Source: a bacterium
GTDB taxonomy: Bacteria > Patescibacteriota > Patescibacteriia > UBA10025
Assembly: GCA_021815445.1 (NCBI GenBank)
Contig: JAKAGM010000001.1
Location: forward strand, 659,710 to 723,709
Length of the DNA stretch: 64,000 nt
Direction: 5' to 3'
The position numbers were made by a program, and so were the translations under genes. Positions 29,750 through 40,305 of this stretch are shown in pieces. The notes under the pieces are model-generated. The model was not told the DNA's origin. It searched no databases and was given only the letters and a program-made list of their open reading frames with translations. The first letter of the stretch is position 1, and each line of letters begins with the position of its first letter.

Positions 29750-31186
29750 CTATATGCTTGACATAAATTTTTCAAATGACGTGCCGGGAACAGGCCCGCG
29801 GCCCTCTATAGGGAGCGTAAAAGTAAACGTCGAACCTACGCCCTCCTTGCTTTCAAAAGTGACCTCCCCTTGATGTCCCTCGACTATATTTTTGACTATA
29901 AAGAGTCCAAGACCAGATCCTTCAGTCTGCATTCTGATGACATTATCTGCTCGAAAAAATTTGGAAAATATCCTGTCCTGCTGACGCGCCGGGATGCCCG
30001 CTCCCGTGTCAGCTATTTTGAATCGCAACTGGTCGTTGTCCAGCCCGAGTGACACTTCAACCTTTCCGCCCTTGGGAGTATATTTGATCGCGTTATCGAT
30101 GAGATTCTGAACAACGAGGTGCATTTTCTGCTCGTCGATACTCGCCTTGGGCAAAATGCTCATGGACTGCTGATAACGGAAGATGACCCCGCGCGCTTTG
30201 ATATCGGGCTGCATTTCCTCTATTACACGCTGGACAATTTCACCCAAGTCGTTGCGGGAAAACCGGTACTGGAACCGACCTTCTTCAATCCGCGAAACGT
30301 TGAGAAGGTCATTAATCAGAAGGATCATGCGCTCATTTGACTGGTACCCTTTGCCTAACAGGTCCATCTGCTCGACATTGAGCGGCCCCATGTCCCCGTC
30401 TAACAGCATCTTGATAACCCACTTGATCGCGGAGAGGGGCGTGCGCATCTGGTGCGACGCGACAGAGATGAATTCGGTCTTCATTTCATCTATCTCTTTT
30501 AACCGCCTGTTCGCGACAAAAAACGCCCGGTTGGTTTGGACCAGTTCTTCATTAACCTCGAAGAGCTTCTTCTCGATAGTGGAAAGCGACCTGACAACAT
30601 ATCCGGAACGATACGTGCTGATCCCCATAAACGAGATCATCGCAAATGACAGCATCGTTACATATGTTTGATGCTGGTAGATGAGTACGCCGCCGGTATA
30701 GGGCTGCACGAGGTGCGAAAGTTTGCCAGTAAACTCCAGGAACACTAACAGGAGGAAAATTCCGCCGCCGAAAATGAAATTAATCGGCCCCGCGAGGCGT
30801 GAAAAATGCACATTCGACCCGACAATTTGCAAGAAATACAACGGTAGAAAAACGCTTTCAATCCCGCCGGTATAGTGCACAATGAATGTGATAACAACCA
30901 TGTCGATAACGATCCCGATGTACGGCCACACCTTTGGATATCGTGTATTTGTATACACGAAGCTGCACGCAATATTGTAAATGAGTCCCAGCGATACGGC
31001 TACAAAAATACCCCGGAGATCATAATTCAGCCCGAGGGCATGCCCGAGGAGGGTTAAAATCAAAATCACTATGATAACGAGGTAACGTACAGTAACCGAC
31101 CAATTAAGACGCCCGAGCTGTTCTCGAGCGGAAAGTTTGTTGACCTCATTTTTATCGAATTCTTTTACTGCCATAGCACCCACCAT
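29750..31186 (-). CDS. sensor histidine kinase (multi-TM sensor + HisKA + HATPase_c)
   Basis: N-terminal ~200 aa with 5-6 TM helices. H-box FISVASHQMRTPLSAI, N-box QNLIDNAIKYT, G-boxes DTGAGIP and GSGLGL. Confidence 0.85.
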   Translation of the reverse strand: MVGAMAVKEFDKNEVNKLSAREQLGRLNWSVTVRYLVIIVILILTLLGHALGLNYDLRGIFVAVSLGLIYNIACSFVYTNTRYPKVWPYIGIVIDMVVITFIVHYTGGIESVFLPLYFLQIVGSNVHFSRLAGPINFIFGGGIFLLLVFLEFTGKLSHLVQPYTGGVLIYQHQTYVTMLSFAMISFMGISTYRSGYVVRSLSTIEKKLFEVNEELVQTNRAFFVANRRLKEIDEMKTEFISVASHQMRTPLSAIKWVIKMLLDGDMGPLNVEQMDLLGKGYQSNERMILLINDLLNVSRIEEGRFQYRFSRNDLGEIVQRVIEEMQPDIKARGVIFRYQQSMSILPKASIDEQKMHLVVQNLIDNAIKYTPKGGKVEVSLGLDNDQLRFKIADTGAGIPARQQDRIFSKFFRADNVIRMQTEGSGLGLFIVKNIVEGHQGEVTFESKEGVGSTFTFTLPIEGRGPVPGTSFEKFMSSI

Positions 31187-31350
31187 TTTGGCACTATGTA
31201 TTGTAGCATATTTTTACAAAAAAATCAAGCTCGATAACTTGTTTGCGTTCAAAAATAATAGACAAACTCCCCGGGCTACATTCCCGTGCACTTTAATTCT
31301 TCGGAACAAGAAGAAGACAAAATAAGGGAATTCAACTTTCAGCAGTGCAT

Positions 31351-32871
31351 CTACTCTACCTTCGGCCGGTACTGCAGGGCTTCAGCCACATGCTCCACAC
31401 GAATGTCAGGCATCCCGGCCAAATCAGCAATTGTTCGCGAAACTTTAAGAATTCGAAAATACGATCGAGCGGAAAATTGGAGTCGTTCTGCAGCGCTCCT
31501 TAGGAGATCCACGGTACGGGAGTCGATACCGCAAAAAGTTTTTGTATCGCGGGAAGACATCTCCGCGTTTGTCACCAATGAAGTGCCTGTGAATCGCCGG
31601 CGCTGAACTTCGCGCGCTTTTTCCACACGGCGTCTGATATCGCGGGAAGTTTCTCCGGGTGACATGCCCGCAAGCTTCTCAAATGCTACTTTGGGAACGT
31701 CCACATGAAAATCAATCCGGTCAAGCAGCGGACCAGAAATTTTTCTCTGGTACTTGCTGACAAGCGAAGCAGTGCACATGCAGCGACGGTCCGGATCGGT
31801 TAGGTATCCGCACGGACATGGATTCATCGCAGCGACCAGGATAAACTTCGCCGGGAACATGCATGTCCCCGCTGCACGGGATACTGATATGACTCCGTCT
31901 TCGAGGGGTTGACGAAGATACTCGAGTACTGTTCGGGGGAATTCCGGAAACTCATCGAGAAAGAGCACTCCGCGATGCGCTAGTGAAATTTCGCCGGGTT
32001 TCGGTGATGTCCCTCCGCCGACAAGCGCGACGCCTGACGCCGTATGGTGTGGAGACCTGAAAGGACGATACATTATCAGCGGCCTGTCGGCTGGCAGATG
32101 ACCCGCGACGCTGTAGATACGAGTGACTTCGAGAGATTCCTCCATTGCCATAGCGGGCAATATGGTCACCATCGTTTTTGCGAGTAATGTTTTTCCCGAC
32201 CCCGGCGGACCCGATAAAAGGACGTTGTGTCCCCCTGCCGCTGCAATCTCGAGCGCCCGTTTGGCATGCCCCTGGCCACGAATATCGGAAAAATCAACTC
32301 CCGGATAGGGCATAGCATGCGGCAAAATCACGCACTTTCTCTGTGAAGAAATGATACAGGATTTTGCCATTAAATGGTTTGCCAGATCAGTCAGAGAAGA
32401 AACAGGGAATACGCGTATTCCTTTTATCAGGGAGGCCTCGGAAGCATTTTCTGCAGGGACAAAAAGATTGCGTATCCCCTCGTTCCTCGCCATAGCAGCG
32501 ATAGAGAGAACGCCTTTAACACCGCGCGCCGTACCATCGAGAGCCAGCTCGCCGACAAAGAGGCTTGACGCAAGTCTTTCGCTCTCAATAAGGCGCTTGG
32601 CGCGGAGAAGCGCAAGAGCAATTGGCAAATCATAGAGCGACCCTTCCTTCTTTACATCTGCAGGAGCCAGATTCACGGTAATTCGCGTACGGGGGAAAGG
32701 CAGCCCGCTGTTTGTGATTGCGGACCGGATGCGCTCACGAGCTTCCTGCACGGCGGCGTCAGGAAGACCGACGATGGTAAAACGAGGCAGGCCACGGAGA
32801 ATATCCGCCTCGACTTCGACACGACGGGCGTCAATGCCCATGAGGGCGGCTGATTGAATAGCTATTTTCAT
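31351..32871 (-). CDS. comM: YifB/ComM-family Mg-chelatase-like AAA+ protein
   Basis: 506 aa. Walker A GPPGSGKT, the motif VLFLDEFPEF, a Cys cluster (NPCPCGYLTDPDRRCMC), and a ChlI-like C-terminus. Confidence 0.85.
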   Translation of the reverse strand: MKIAIQSAALMGIDARRVEVEADILRGLPRFTIVGLPDAAVQEARERIRSAITNSGLPFPRTRITVNLAPADVKKEGSLYDLPIALALLRAKRLIESERLASSLFVGELALDGTARGVKGVLSIAAMARNEGIRNLFVPAENASEASLIKGIRVFPVSSLTDLANHLMAKSCIISSQRKCVILPHAMPYPGVDFSDIRGQGHAKRALEIAAAGGHNVLLSGPPGSGKTLLAKTMVTILPAMAMEESLEVTRIYSVAGHLPADRPLIMYRPFRSPHHTASGVALVGGGTSPKPGEISLAHRGVLFLDEFPEFPRTVLEYLRQPLEDGVISVSRAAGTCMFPAKFILVAAMNPCPCGYLTDPDRRCMCTASLVSKYQRKISGPLLDRIDFHVDVPKVAFEKLAGMSPGETSRDIRRRVEKAREVQRRRFTGTSLVTNAEMSSRDTKTFCGIDSRTVDLLRSAAERLQFSARSYFRILKVSRTIADLAGMPDIRVEHVAEALQYRPKVE

Positions 32872-32943
32872 AGTAGTATTTAATTACCTAAAACACTCCC
32901 AGGTGTATATACCTCGAGAAGAGCGATGAAAGTGAGTATAAAC

Positions 32944-33402
32944 TTATCCGATGCGCCTGGGATGGACTATCAGGCGGAAAGCGAGCATCACTACTCCTGC
33001 AGTGATGGCGAGATCAGCGATATTCGCGGTAGGTAACAGAGGAAAACGCAGATAGTCTACCACGGCTCCGAAGCGGATACGGTCAAGTAGATTTGAAAAT
33101 GCCCCGACAGAGATAAGGAGCAACGCCAGGATTAAAAATTGATCCCGTCGCACATATGCTTTGGTGAGCGCCACTAATACAGAGGCAAGGACAAGGGCAA
33201 TGATGAGAAGCACGAACAATCCTGTGATCGGGATCCCCCAGGCGATTCCTTCATTTTGCTGGGGGCTAAAAATAAGGACATCGGGAATGAGTTGTTTGTC
33301 GTGGTAGAAAAAACTAGCCGCAACCTTACAAAAACGGTCTAGAAAAAAAATTCCAGTTACACCTATGTACATGAGAACTTGAGAGTAAGTTCTCATACGC
33401 AT
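32944..33402 (-). CDS. lspA: lipoprotein signal peptidase II
   Basis: 152 aa, 4 TM. Motifs FLDRFCK, NEGIAWGI, FSNLLDRIRFGAVVDYL typical of LspA. Confidence 0.8.
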   Translation of the reverse strand: MRMRTYSQVLMYIGVTGIFFLDRFCKVAASFFYHDKQLIPDVLIFSPQQNEGIAWGIPITGLFVLLIIALVLASVLVALTKAYVRRDQFLILALLLISVGAFSNLLDRIRFGAVVDYLRFPLLPTANIADLAITAGVVMLAFRLIVHPRRIG

Positions 33403-33417
33403 GCTATATGATACTTT

Positions 33418-33774
33418 TTAAGCCGGACTGCAATCAGTATGCTGAGTTGCCGCAGGAAAAGCCTCGAGTCGATCTTCGGGTATTTTGTTTCCGCAGATTG
33501 AACAGATGCCGTATGTTCCATCGTGAATTTTTTGCAGAGCGGCATCCACTTCCTCAAGCGCTTTATCGAGATTTTTGCTCAGTGAAAGTTTTTCCTCATA
33601 GGAAGTCACTTCGGCGGCATTTTCATCATCCTTAGAACCAATTTCAGTCCATTTGATGTTATTCGGACCGTTTTTGTGCTTTTCGCCACCTACGAGCTGG
33701 GCAATCTGTTGTTCCAGTCTCTTTTTCTCTTCCTCAAGTTTTGACTTCATCTGCTTGATGAACGCTGTCATCAT
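33418..33774 (-). CDS. DksA/TraR-family zinc-finger protein
   Basis: 118 aa. Coiled-coil N-terminus, then C-terminal CSICGNKIPEDRLEAFPAATQHTDC zinc-ribbon-like motif (CxxC...HxxC). Confidence 0.65.
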   Translation of the reverse strand: MMTAFIKQMKSKLEEEKKRLEQQIAQLVGGEKHKNGPNNIKWTEIGSKDDENAAEVTSYEEKLSLSKNLDKALEEVDAALQKIHDGTYGICSICGNKIPEDRLEAFPAATQHTDCSPA

Positions 33775-34003
33775 AGGTTGATAATACGAGAATAATTATT
33801 AAGCCAAAAAAGTTTTCAGCCACTAAAAAGTGGCTAATACCAGCTTATTACCCTGTACTGACAGTCTAGCACAGATACAAAAAATGGTACAGACCCGCTT
33901 GGGCCCGGCGCGGAGATTTTAATACTGCTATGGTCCAATACACCAAAACTCCATCCCCTCTACACAAGGGGATGGAGTAATAAATCAACTAACCGTTGAG
34001 ACC

Positions 34004-37000
34004 TTACATCCCGTAGGCGGCAAAGATGCTGACACCGCCGCGGAACTTTGTATTGAGGGCAAAGAACCGGGAAATCACGCGGCCGTTTTGGTTGAATACG
34101 CTGATCTGCGGACCTAATCCCGCGCCGGGCCCTGTCACAATTTCCGCTTTACCGTCACCGTCAACGTCTGCGGCAAACATCGTGAAGCTTCCTTTCAGGC
34201 TTGAGCCGTAAGCGTTAAATTGCGACTTTGCCACTCCCTTGTTGTTGAAGACCCTGACCTGAGATATGGCGCCACCCATCGGCATAGCGATGAATTCGTT
34301 TGTGCCATCGCCTCCCATGTCCGCAACAGCCACATTAACTCCTCCTCTGAAGCCGCTTGGGAAGGCCATAAATCTCGCGAGTTGCTTGCCGTCTTTATTG
34401 AATGCTGCAACCTGGGGGCCGAGCCCTGTTTTCGGCGCTACAACGACATCGTCGGTACCGTCACCATTGATATCTCCCGTCGTCAGATTGTATCCGCCTC
34501 GAACTCCCACTGCATATGCGTTGAATCGTTTCACCAGTTTTCCATCACCATGGAAGATTGCAACCTCAGGACCGCCGTTTGATGCCGGTGTACCGATGAT
34601 ATCGGCTTTTCCGTCGCCATCGACATCGCTGACCGCGAGGTTGACCCCGCCTCGGAAGCCCGATCCGATGATGAAGAATTGTTTTAGGAGCTTGCCGTTG
34701 CCATCAAAGATGCGCACTTGAGGACCCGCGCCCGCAAGCGGGACAGCGATAATCTCATCTTTTCCGTTGCCATCGATATCAGCAACAGCGACATGAATTC
34801 CCGTTCTGAGACTCGAACCGTAGGCATTGAAATTCTTGAGTAACTTCCCGGCCTTAGTGAAGACGCGAATTTCCGGACCGGCGCCGACTCCGGGAGCAGT
34901 GACAATCTCGTTGGCCCCATCGCCGTTGACATCGCCAGTTGCCACCTCAAGCCCCACACGGAGAGATGAAGCGTAGGCGAAAAAGCTTACGACTTTCTTT
35001 CCGGTTTTGTCGGTGACATAAACCTGCGGACCGCCTTTTGACGCGGGAACCGTGGCTATGTCAGCCGTACCGAGACCAGCCGCCGCAGATCCGCCCGAAG
35101 CGACCACAAATGTCGTGAAGTGGTTAGTCTGAATAGTAATGGTATTCGAGTCCTTATCGACGGTGATGCCTATGGGGTCTTGGTACGCATTGGATGTCGA
35201 ATCGAAGTACTTGCTGACAAGCGTATCTTCGTTAATACCCAGTTCATCGAGCTGATCCTGCGTGTAAGTGAACTTGATCGTCACGTTTGAATTAAACGTG
35301 GTAATCGCATTGTTGCTTGAGTCAGTCGCGGTAAGTTCATACCCCACGCCGAATGGCTGGACGTTCTTCATCTTATACATATTGCCTACCGTCGGCGTTG
35401 CCGTAACGCTCACATTCGAGCCCGATGATCCGAGAGCTCCGGAAGGAATTGTGATTGTTACACCATTCTCAAGAGCTATTACCTGCGCCGATCCCGCGTC
35501 AAACGTGGAACTCACTGGTGAAGGAACGGTAAAGCTCGCACCCTTAAGGCTGAAATTCTGCGTGATGCTAGTCTGAGTAGAAATTGTAATTGTCGCTTCG
35601 TCGGATCGGTAGAACTTGTTGCCGTCAAAGCTGTCCGCTCCGCAGTGCCAAGTGCCTGCTTTGTAGTTGACCGAGTAGCTGCCTCCAAACTGCACAGGTC
35701 CGCCGGTGAATCCGCCATTTTCTTCCCAGCAGTGGACGAAGCCGATGTTGATCGGCACATTACCCACCTTAACGCTCCCGCTCATGGTCCCGAGCGCTCT
35801 GCCGAGTTTGAGCGTGATACTGGCAGTTGACGCACTGGTCAGATCAACTTTCTGAAAGTCTGCAGGTATGTACGAACTGCCGGGAGGTAACCCCATTCCG
35901 ACCTGATACCTGTGCCCCTTGAGGACATTCAAGGTGAATGTCCCGTCAGGATTGGTTTTGGTATCCGCATGAAGTTGGTTCTTGAAGCTCTCCTCAGTTT
36001 GGACGCTCTGGTTCTCTTGCTCTACGCCGTTGTCGGCGAAGACAAATGCGTCAATTCCGTTGCCGCTCGGATCAAGTACGCGTCCGGTGATTGTCGCATT
36101 GGCTTTGGTTACCGTGATATTGAGCGTCGTGGTTCCAGCAGCAATTGTTAATGATGTAGGATCAGGGGGTTTCATCATAAATCCGTTTCCAGGATTGATG
36201 TAGTACCCCATGTGATATCCGCTTCCAGAGAGAAGACTTACGCTAAATGTGCAGTCAGGCTTGATGTCTCCGCCTCTCCATGATCCGTTCTTTTCGAAGT
36301 GGACATCGCCGAACCAGCCGCCCGAAGAAGAACATGAGGTAATGCTGGCTCCATTCTGATCCAGAATTCTGCCTTGAACTGTCGCATCATTGCTTCTTAC
36401 TTGGATATTCTTGGTCGAAGTCGTATTCGCAAATACAGCTACATTTTGACTGTCAAGCGAAGAATATGGCGAGTTAGGGGGTGTACCGAGTGATAATGTA
36501 TAGGTTGACGCTACGGTGCTCGGCACACTTAAGGAGAACGAACCGTTCTGGCAGTCAACCGGACCGCCGTACCCGGGACCGGGGTTGCCGATAGTCGTGG
36601 CTGACGCCGGCTGTGCATTGATCCATGCGCAGAATCCAGTGATCACCGTTCCGGACTCATTAACGACAAATCCGCTGATAGTGGCATCGGCATATGTCAG
36701 CTGTATCGTGCCGACATTAATTGTTGCATTATCGTCGGTGACATTCGCATCGATTGGCTGGCCGCTGTAAACATATTTTGAATTGCGGCCGGGCCCCTGA
36801 TCAAGATTGACCCCCCACATACCGGCGGTAACCGCGAGAACAAAATTCCCGTTTGAATCACTCTGGGTATTGCTCCAGCCCGGCTGATTATGCATAAAGG
36901 CATTGAGGTATACGCCTCCGACACCGGTACCGTCGGATTTCACAACTTTTCCTGTTATTTTCGCTGATTTCGATTTCGCAGTGATCGTACCAACATTCTT

Positions 37001-38683
37001 CGTCTCATTGTCGCCTATAGTCACTGACATCTCAGGGAATGATAACGTGTTGTCAGGGCTAAAAACGCTCACCCGGTATGTTCCGGCTTTGACGTTCACG
37101 CTGAACGTGCCGTCTGGCCTGACCTGCGAGTTGTTACCGACACCGTCCTGAGTCCTCACGTCAACATTTGCATTTGTCATCGGCGAACCATCGGGTTTTA
37201 ATGCCCTCCCCGTGACTGAAGCGTTGGCAACAGTTACAGTTATGTTAAGTGTCTTGTTTTCCACTGCGGAATTTGTCGCAAAGTCAACCATCTGGGGCGG
37301 ACCGGAAAAAAACCAGTCAGGCGCGGGCGCCCCGGGGCCCATATTTGGATTGACCATAATGTTCCAGCTGCCTCCTGAGAGTGTCAGGGTGTAATTCCCG
37401 CTTGCATCCGTTGTTGCCTGGCTGAACCCTGATCCGTTTTTGTTTGCATTGATTTGCGCGCCAGCAACAGCCAAACCATTACTCTTAGTCACTTTTCCTG
37501 TCAGAAATTTTGACGCCTGAACAAAAGTGAGGTTCTTCACTACAACAGTTGCTCCAATAGTGATAGAAGCAGAATCGGGAGACACGTATCCGCTAGAACC
37601 CCATGGAGACATAACATCCAATTTATATGTCCCTGCGGGAAAACCGCCGATGAGATAGGTGCCATCCTGGCCGCTCTGGGCATTTTGGTTTACCGACCAA
37701 TCGTCAGTATGGATTTGGACGTTTGCATTCGCGACAGGTGTTGCCCCGTCCGGTGCATATACAGTACCTGTGACTTGGGCAGTAGTGAGGCGCACCTCGC
37801 CGACGTTGAGTAGTGTTCCTGAAGTTACGGAAATTGTCCGCGAAACAGGCGACGTGAAACTAAGGCCCTGGACCATGCATTGGAGAGTGTATGATCCGGT
37901 CGCCATGGTGCCAAATCTGAACACACCGCTAGGATCAGCATTTGTGTTCATCTGAACACTGTGGTCCTGGTTATAAATATTGCAGTTAACATTGCCACCA
38001 TGTGAAAAGTCGACGGCATTCCCGCTCGGATCTTTGATAGTACCGGTAACATTTGGAGCAGAAAGGCTGACGGTTTGGCCGGTGAGAACGGTGCCCGCAA
38101 AGCTCACCGTCAATGTTCCGGTCGTATAGGGCGAACTTTCCGGAGCTTGTGCTTCAATAATGTACGTCCCGCTTGCTAAACCGCCGAATTTAAAGTTTCC
38201 GCCGTCGTCAGTGTTGGTTCCTGAATTGAACGACCAGTCATTGGTCCTGATCATGACATTTGTTCCGGGAACAGGCGTTACTCCATCGGGATTTGTCACA
38301 GTACCGGTAATACTCGGCGTTGTAAGTTTGATATTTCCAAGGTCCACCGCCGAAGTATCAATAGTTATCAAAAAGGGCGCCGGTCCGGTGTAATTTCCGT
38401 CTGTTCCGGCATACGATACTTGGACAGTGTATTGTCCCGACGCAACATTCGTGATAGAAAACGTCCCATTATTATTCATTGGCCCGCCATTACCGGGTCC
38501 TGGATTCTTTGGCGAAAGGCTCACGAAACCGCCGGCCTGCGTGAGTGCGGCACCGGTAGGACTGACAACTGTTCCGCTGACCACTACGCCCGAGGCATGG
38601 ACAGTTTGCGGGTGGGCCGCTACGAGGGAAACGGCAATTGCCGCGACAGTGACCGCCCAGTAGAGATAAGATTTCTTATGCAT
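34004..38683 (-). CDS. giant (1559 aa) secreted protein: multiple carboxypeptidase-regulatory/Cna-B-like beta-sandwich repeats plus C-terminal FG-GAP-like beta-propeller
   Basis: Signal peptide (VTVAAIAVSLVAAHPQTVHA). More than 10 repeats of the type GTVTNPDGVTPVPGTNVMI...GTYIIEA. C-terminal 6-7 repeats such as DVNGDGANEIVTAPGVGAGPEIRVF and DIDGNGKDEIIAVPLAGAGPQVRIF (FG-GAP/VCBS-like). Confidence 0.8.
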   Translation of the reverse strand: MHKKSYLYWAVTVAAIAVSLVAAHPQTVHASGVVVSGTVVSPTGAALTQAGGFVSLSPKNPGPGNGGPMNNNGTFSITNVASGQYTVQVSYAGTDGNYTGPAPFLITIDTSAVDLGNIKLTTPSITGTVTNPDGVTPVPGTNVMIRTNDWSFNSGTNTDDGGNFKFGGLASGTYIIEAQAPESSPYTTGTLTVSFAGTVLTGQTVSLSAPNVTGTIKDPSGNAVDFSHGGNVNCNIYNQDHSVQMNTNADPSGVFRFGTMATGSYTLQCMVQGLSFTSPVSRTISVTSGTLLNVGEVRLTTAQVTGTVYAPDGATPVANANVQIHTDDWSVNQNAQSGQDGTYLIGGFPAGTYKLDVMSPWGSSGYVSPDSASITIGATVVVKNLTFVQASKFLTGKVTKSNGLAVAGAQINANKNGSGFSQATTDASGNYTLTLSGGSWNIMVNPNMGPGAPAPDWFFSGPPQMVDFATNSAVENKTLNITVTVANASVTGRALKPDGSPMTNANVDVRTQDGVGNNSQVRPDGTFSVNVKAGTYRVSVFSPDNTLSFPEMSVTIGDNETKNVGTITAKSKSAKITGKVVKSDGTGVGGVYLNAFMHNQPGWSNTQSDSNGNFVLAVTAGMWGVNLDQGPGRNSKYVYSGQPIDANVTDDNATINVGTIQLTYADATISGFVVNESGTVITGFCAWINAQPASATTIGNPGPGYGGPVDCQNGSFSLSVPSTVASTYTLSLGTPPNSPYSSLDSQNVAVFANTTSTKNIQVRSNDATVQGRILDQNGASITSCSSSGGWFGDVHFEKNGSWRGGDIKPDCTFSVSLLSGSGYHMGYYINPGNGFMMKPPDPTSLTIAAGTTTLNITVTKANATITGRVLDPSGNGIDAFVFADNGVEQENQSVQTEESFKNQLHADTKTNPDGTFTLNVLKGHRYQVGMGLPPGSSYIPADFQKVDLTSASTASITLKLGRALGTMSGSVKVGNVPINIGFVHCWEENGGFTGGPVQFGGSYSVNYKAGTWHCGADSFDGNKFYRSDEATITISTQTSITQNFSLKGASFTVPSPVSSTFDAGSAQVIALENGVTITIPSGALGSSGSNVSVTATPTVGNMYKMKNVQPFGVGYELTATDSSNNAITTFNSNVTIKFTYTQDQLDELGINEDTLVSKYFDSTSNAYQDPIGITVDKDSNTITIQTNHFTTFVVASGGSAAAGLGTADIATVPASKGGPQVYVTDKTGKKVVSFFAYASSLRVGLEVATGDVNGDGANEIVTAPGVGAGPEIRVFTKAGKLLKNFNAYGSSLRTGIHVAVADIDGNGKDEIIAVPLAGAGPQVRIFDGNGKLLKQFFIIGSGFRGGVNLAVSDVDGDGKADIIGTPASNGGPEVAIFHGDGKLVKRFNAYAVGVRGGYNLTTGDINGDGTDDVVVAPKTGLGPQVAAFNKDGKQLARFMAFPSGFRGGVNVAVADMGGDGTNEFIAMPMGGAISQVRVFNNKGVAKSQFNAYGSSLKGSFTMFAADVDGDGKAEIVTGPGAGLGPQISVFNQNGRVISRFFALNTKFRGGVSIFAAYGM

Positions 38684-38725
38684 ATGTATGGTTTATTTAT
38701 CGACTTAACTTGGTATGTTAATGTT

Positions 38726-38757
38726 AAAAATAAAAAAGCCCATAGTGTTAAGGGCTC
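38726..38757 (-). terminator. rho-independent terminator-like hairpin (minus strand) ~260 bp downstream of gdhA
   Basis: Minus strand reads GAGCCCTTAACACTATGGGCT followed by TTTTTTATTTTT. Confidence 0.4.
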
Positions 38758-39017
38758 GTGTCTCCAAACAAAACGGATATCCCGTGGGATATTCGCTGAA
38801 GATGGTTTTGGTATTTTTGTTTTTTATACATCTCCCAAGATTCAAGCGATTTTGACACGCTTAAATAGCTCTTCTGCATGCAGTATACAGCTTTTTCAGG
38901 AAAAAGTCAACTATATCTCATGCACCCCACACCGAGTTGTGCATCCTCTAAAGTTAAAAAAATCGTAGTTTCTTACTTTTCTGCGGAGTACAAAATCCCA
39001 TGAAGCGGCTTCGCGCT

Positions 39018-40286
39018 TCACTTCCCCATTGCCAAAGCTATTCGCTTGAGCGCAAGGACATATGCGCCTGTCCGCAAATCAACTTTATGCTTTCTTGAGA
39101 TACGCCACATGTCATTGAAACTTGCCAACATGAGAGGTCTCAATTTTTTTAATGTCTTTGCCTGCGACCAGCGGGATTTCTCCTTATTCTGCACCCATTC
39201 AAAATAACTTCCGGTGACTCCGCCCGCATTGGCCAAAACATCAGGGACAACGGGAATACGCCTCCGGTAAAGAATAGCGTCAGCTCCGGGCGCCGTAGGG
39301 CCGTTGGCCATTTCAACAACTACCTTTGCCTTAATACGGCGCGCATTTGCTCCGGTAATCTGATGCTCAAGAGCCGCGGGAATGAGAATATCGCATGACG
39401 TCGTCAACAATTCAGAGTTTGTTATTTTTTTAAAGTTGACGCAATCGCACACGGTTCCGAGACAATAACATCCGTCAATCATCCCTTTTTCACGCTTTGT
39501 CTTCATGACAACATCCGGGTCCATTGATTGGCCGTTGATGGAAAGTATCCCCCCCCGCGAATCTGACAGCGCTACAATCTTATAACCTGCCGCATATAGT
39601 AAACGCGCCGTATGATATCCCACATTGCCGAAACCCTGAACGACGACACGCGTCTGTGATGGAACAAGGTGAAGTTTTTTTACCACTTCCTGGATGATAA
39701 ACACGCCGCCCTGAGCGGTAGAATCTTCCCGCCCCCGCAAGCCGCCTAGAGCAAGGGGTTTGCCGGTAAAAGCAGCCGGAGTTTTTTTGCCGGCGATATT
39801 GCTGTACTCATCCACCATCCATCCCATGATCGTGGGATTGGTATAGACGTCTGGCGCAGGAACATCCTTGTCGGGACCTATCACCGGGTACATGCCTCTC
39901 GCCCAGCCACGGCTTAAACGTTCAAGTTCCTTTGTTGACAGCTTCTGAGGATGAACGGCGACACCGCCTTTGCTCCCGCCAAAAGGAATTCCGACTGTTG
40001 CGCATTTAATCGTCATCCAAAAACCGAGTGCTTTCACTTCGTCCATATTCACCGCGGGATGAAACCGTATCCCGCCTTTAAAAGGCCCCCGGGCGTTGTT
40101 GTATTGCACCCGATACCCGGTGAACATCCGGGTCCTTCCGTTGTCCATTCGAACGGGAATATTGATTTCCACGGTTCTCATGGGTTTCTCAAGTTGAGTA
40201 AGAATATCCCGCTTGAGATGGAGAATTGACGCTGCACGATGAAGCTGCGCCAAAGCCGTTGCAAAGGGATTAGTAGACATAAACAA
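39018..40286 (-). CDS. gdhA: NAD(P)-dependent glutamate dehydrogenase
   Basis: 422 aa. Motifs ARGPFKGGIRFHP, GIPFGGSKGG, GFGNVG (Rossmann), typical of Glu/Leu/Phe/Val dehydrogenases. Confidence 0.9.
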   Translation of the reverse strand: MFMSTNPFATALAQLHRAASILHLKRDILTQLEKPMRTVEINIPVRMDNGRTRMFTGYRVQYNNARGPFKGGIRFHPAVNMDEVKALGFWMTIKCATVGIPFGGSKGGVAVHPQKLSTKELERLSRGWARGMYPVIGPDKDVPAPDVYTNPTIMGWMVDEYSNIAGKKTPAAFTGKPLALGGLRGREDSTAQGGVFIIQEVVKKLHLVPSQTRVVVQGFGNVGYHTARLLYAAGYKIVALSDSRGGILSINGQSMDPDVVMKTKREKGMIDGCYCLGTVCDCVNFKKITNSELLTTSCDILIPAALEHQITGANARRIKAKVVVEMANGPTAPGADAILYRRRIPVVPDVLANAGGVTGSYFEWVQNKEKSRWSQAKTLKKLRPLMLASFNDMWRISRKHKVDLRTGAYVLALKRIALAMGK

Positions 40287-40305
40287 AAGTTTTATCCTAC
40301 ACGGG

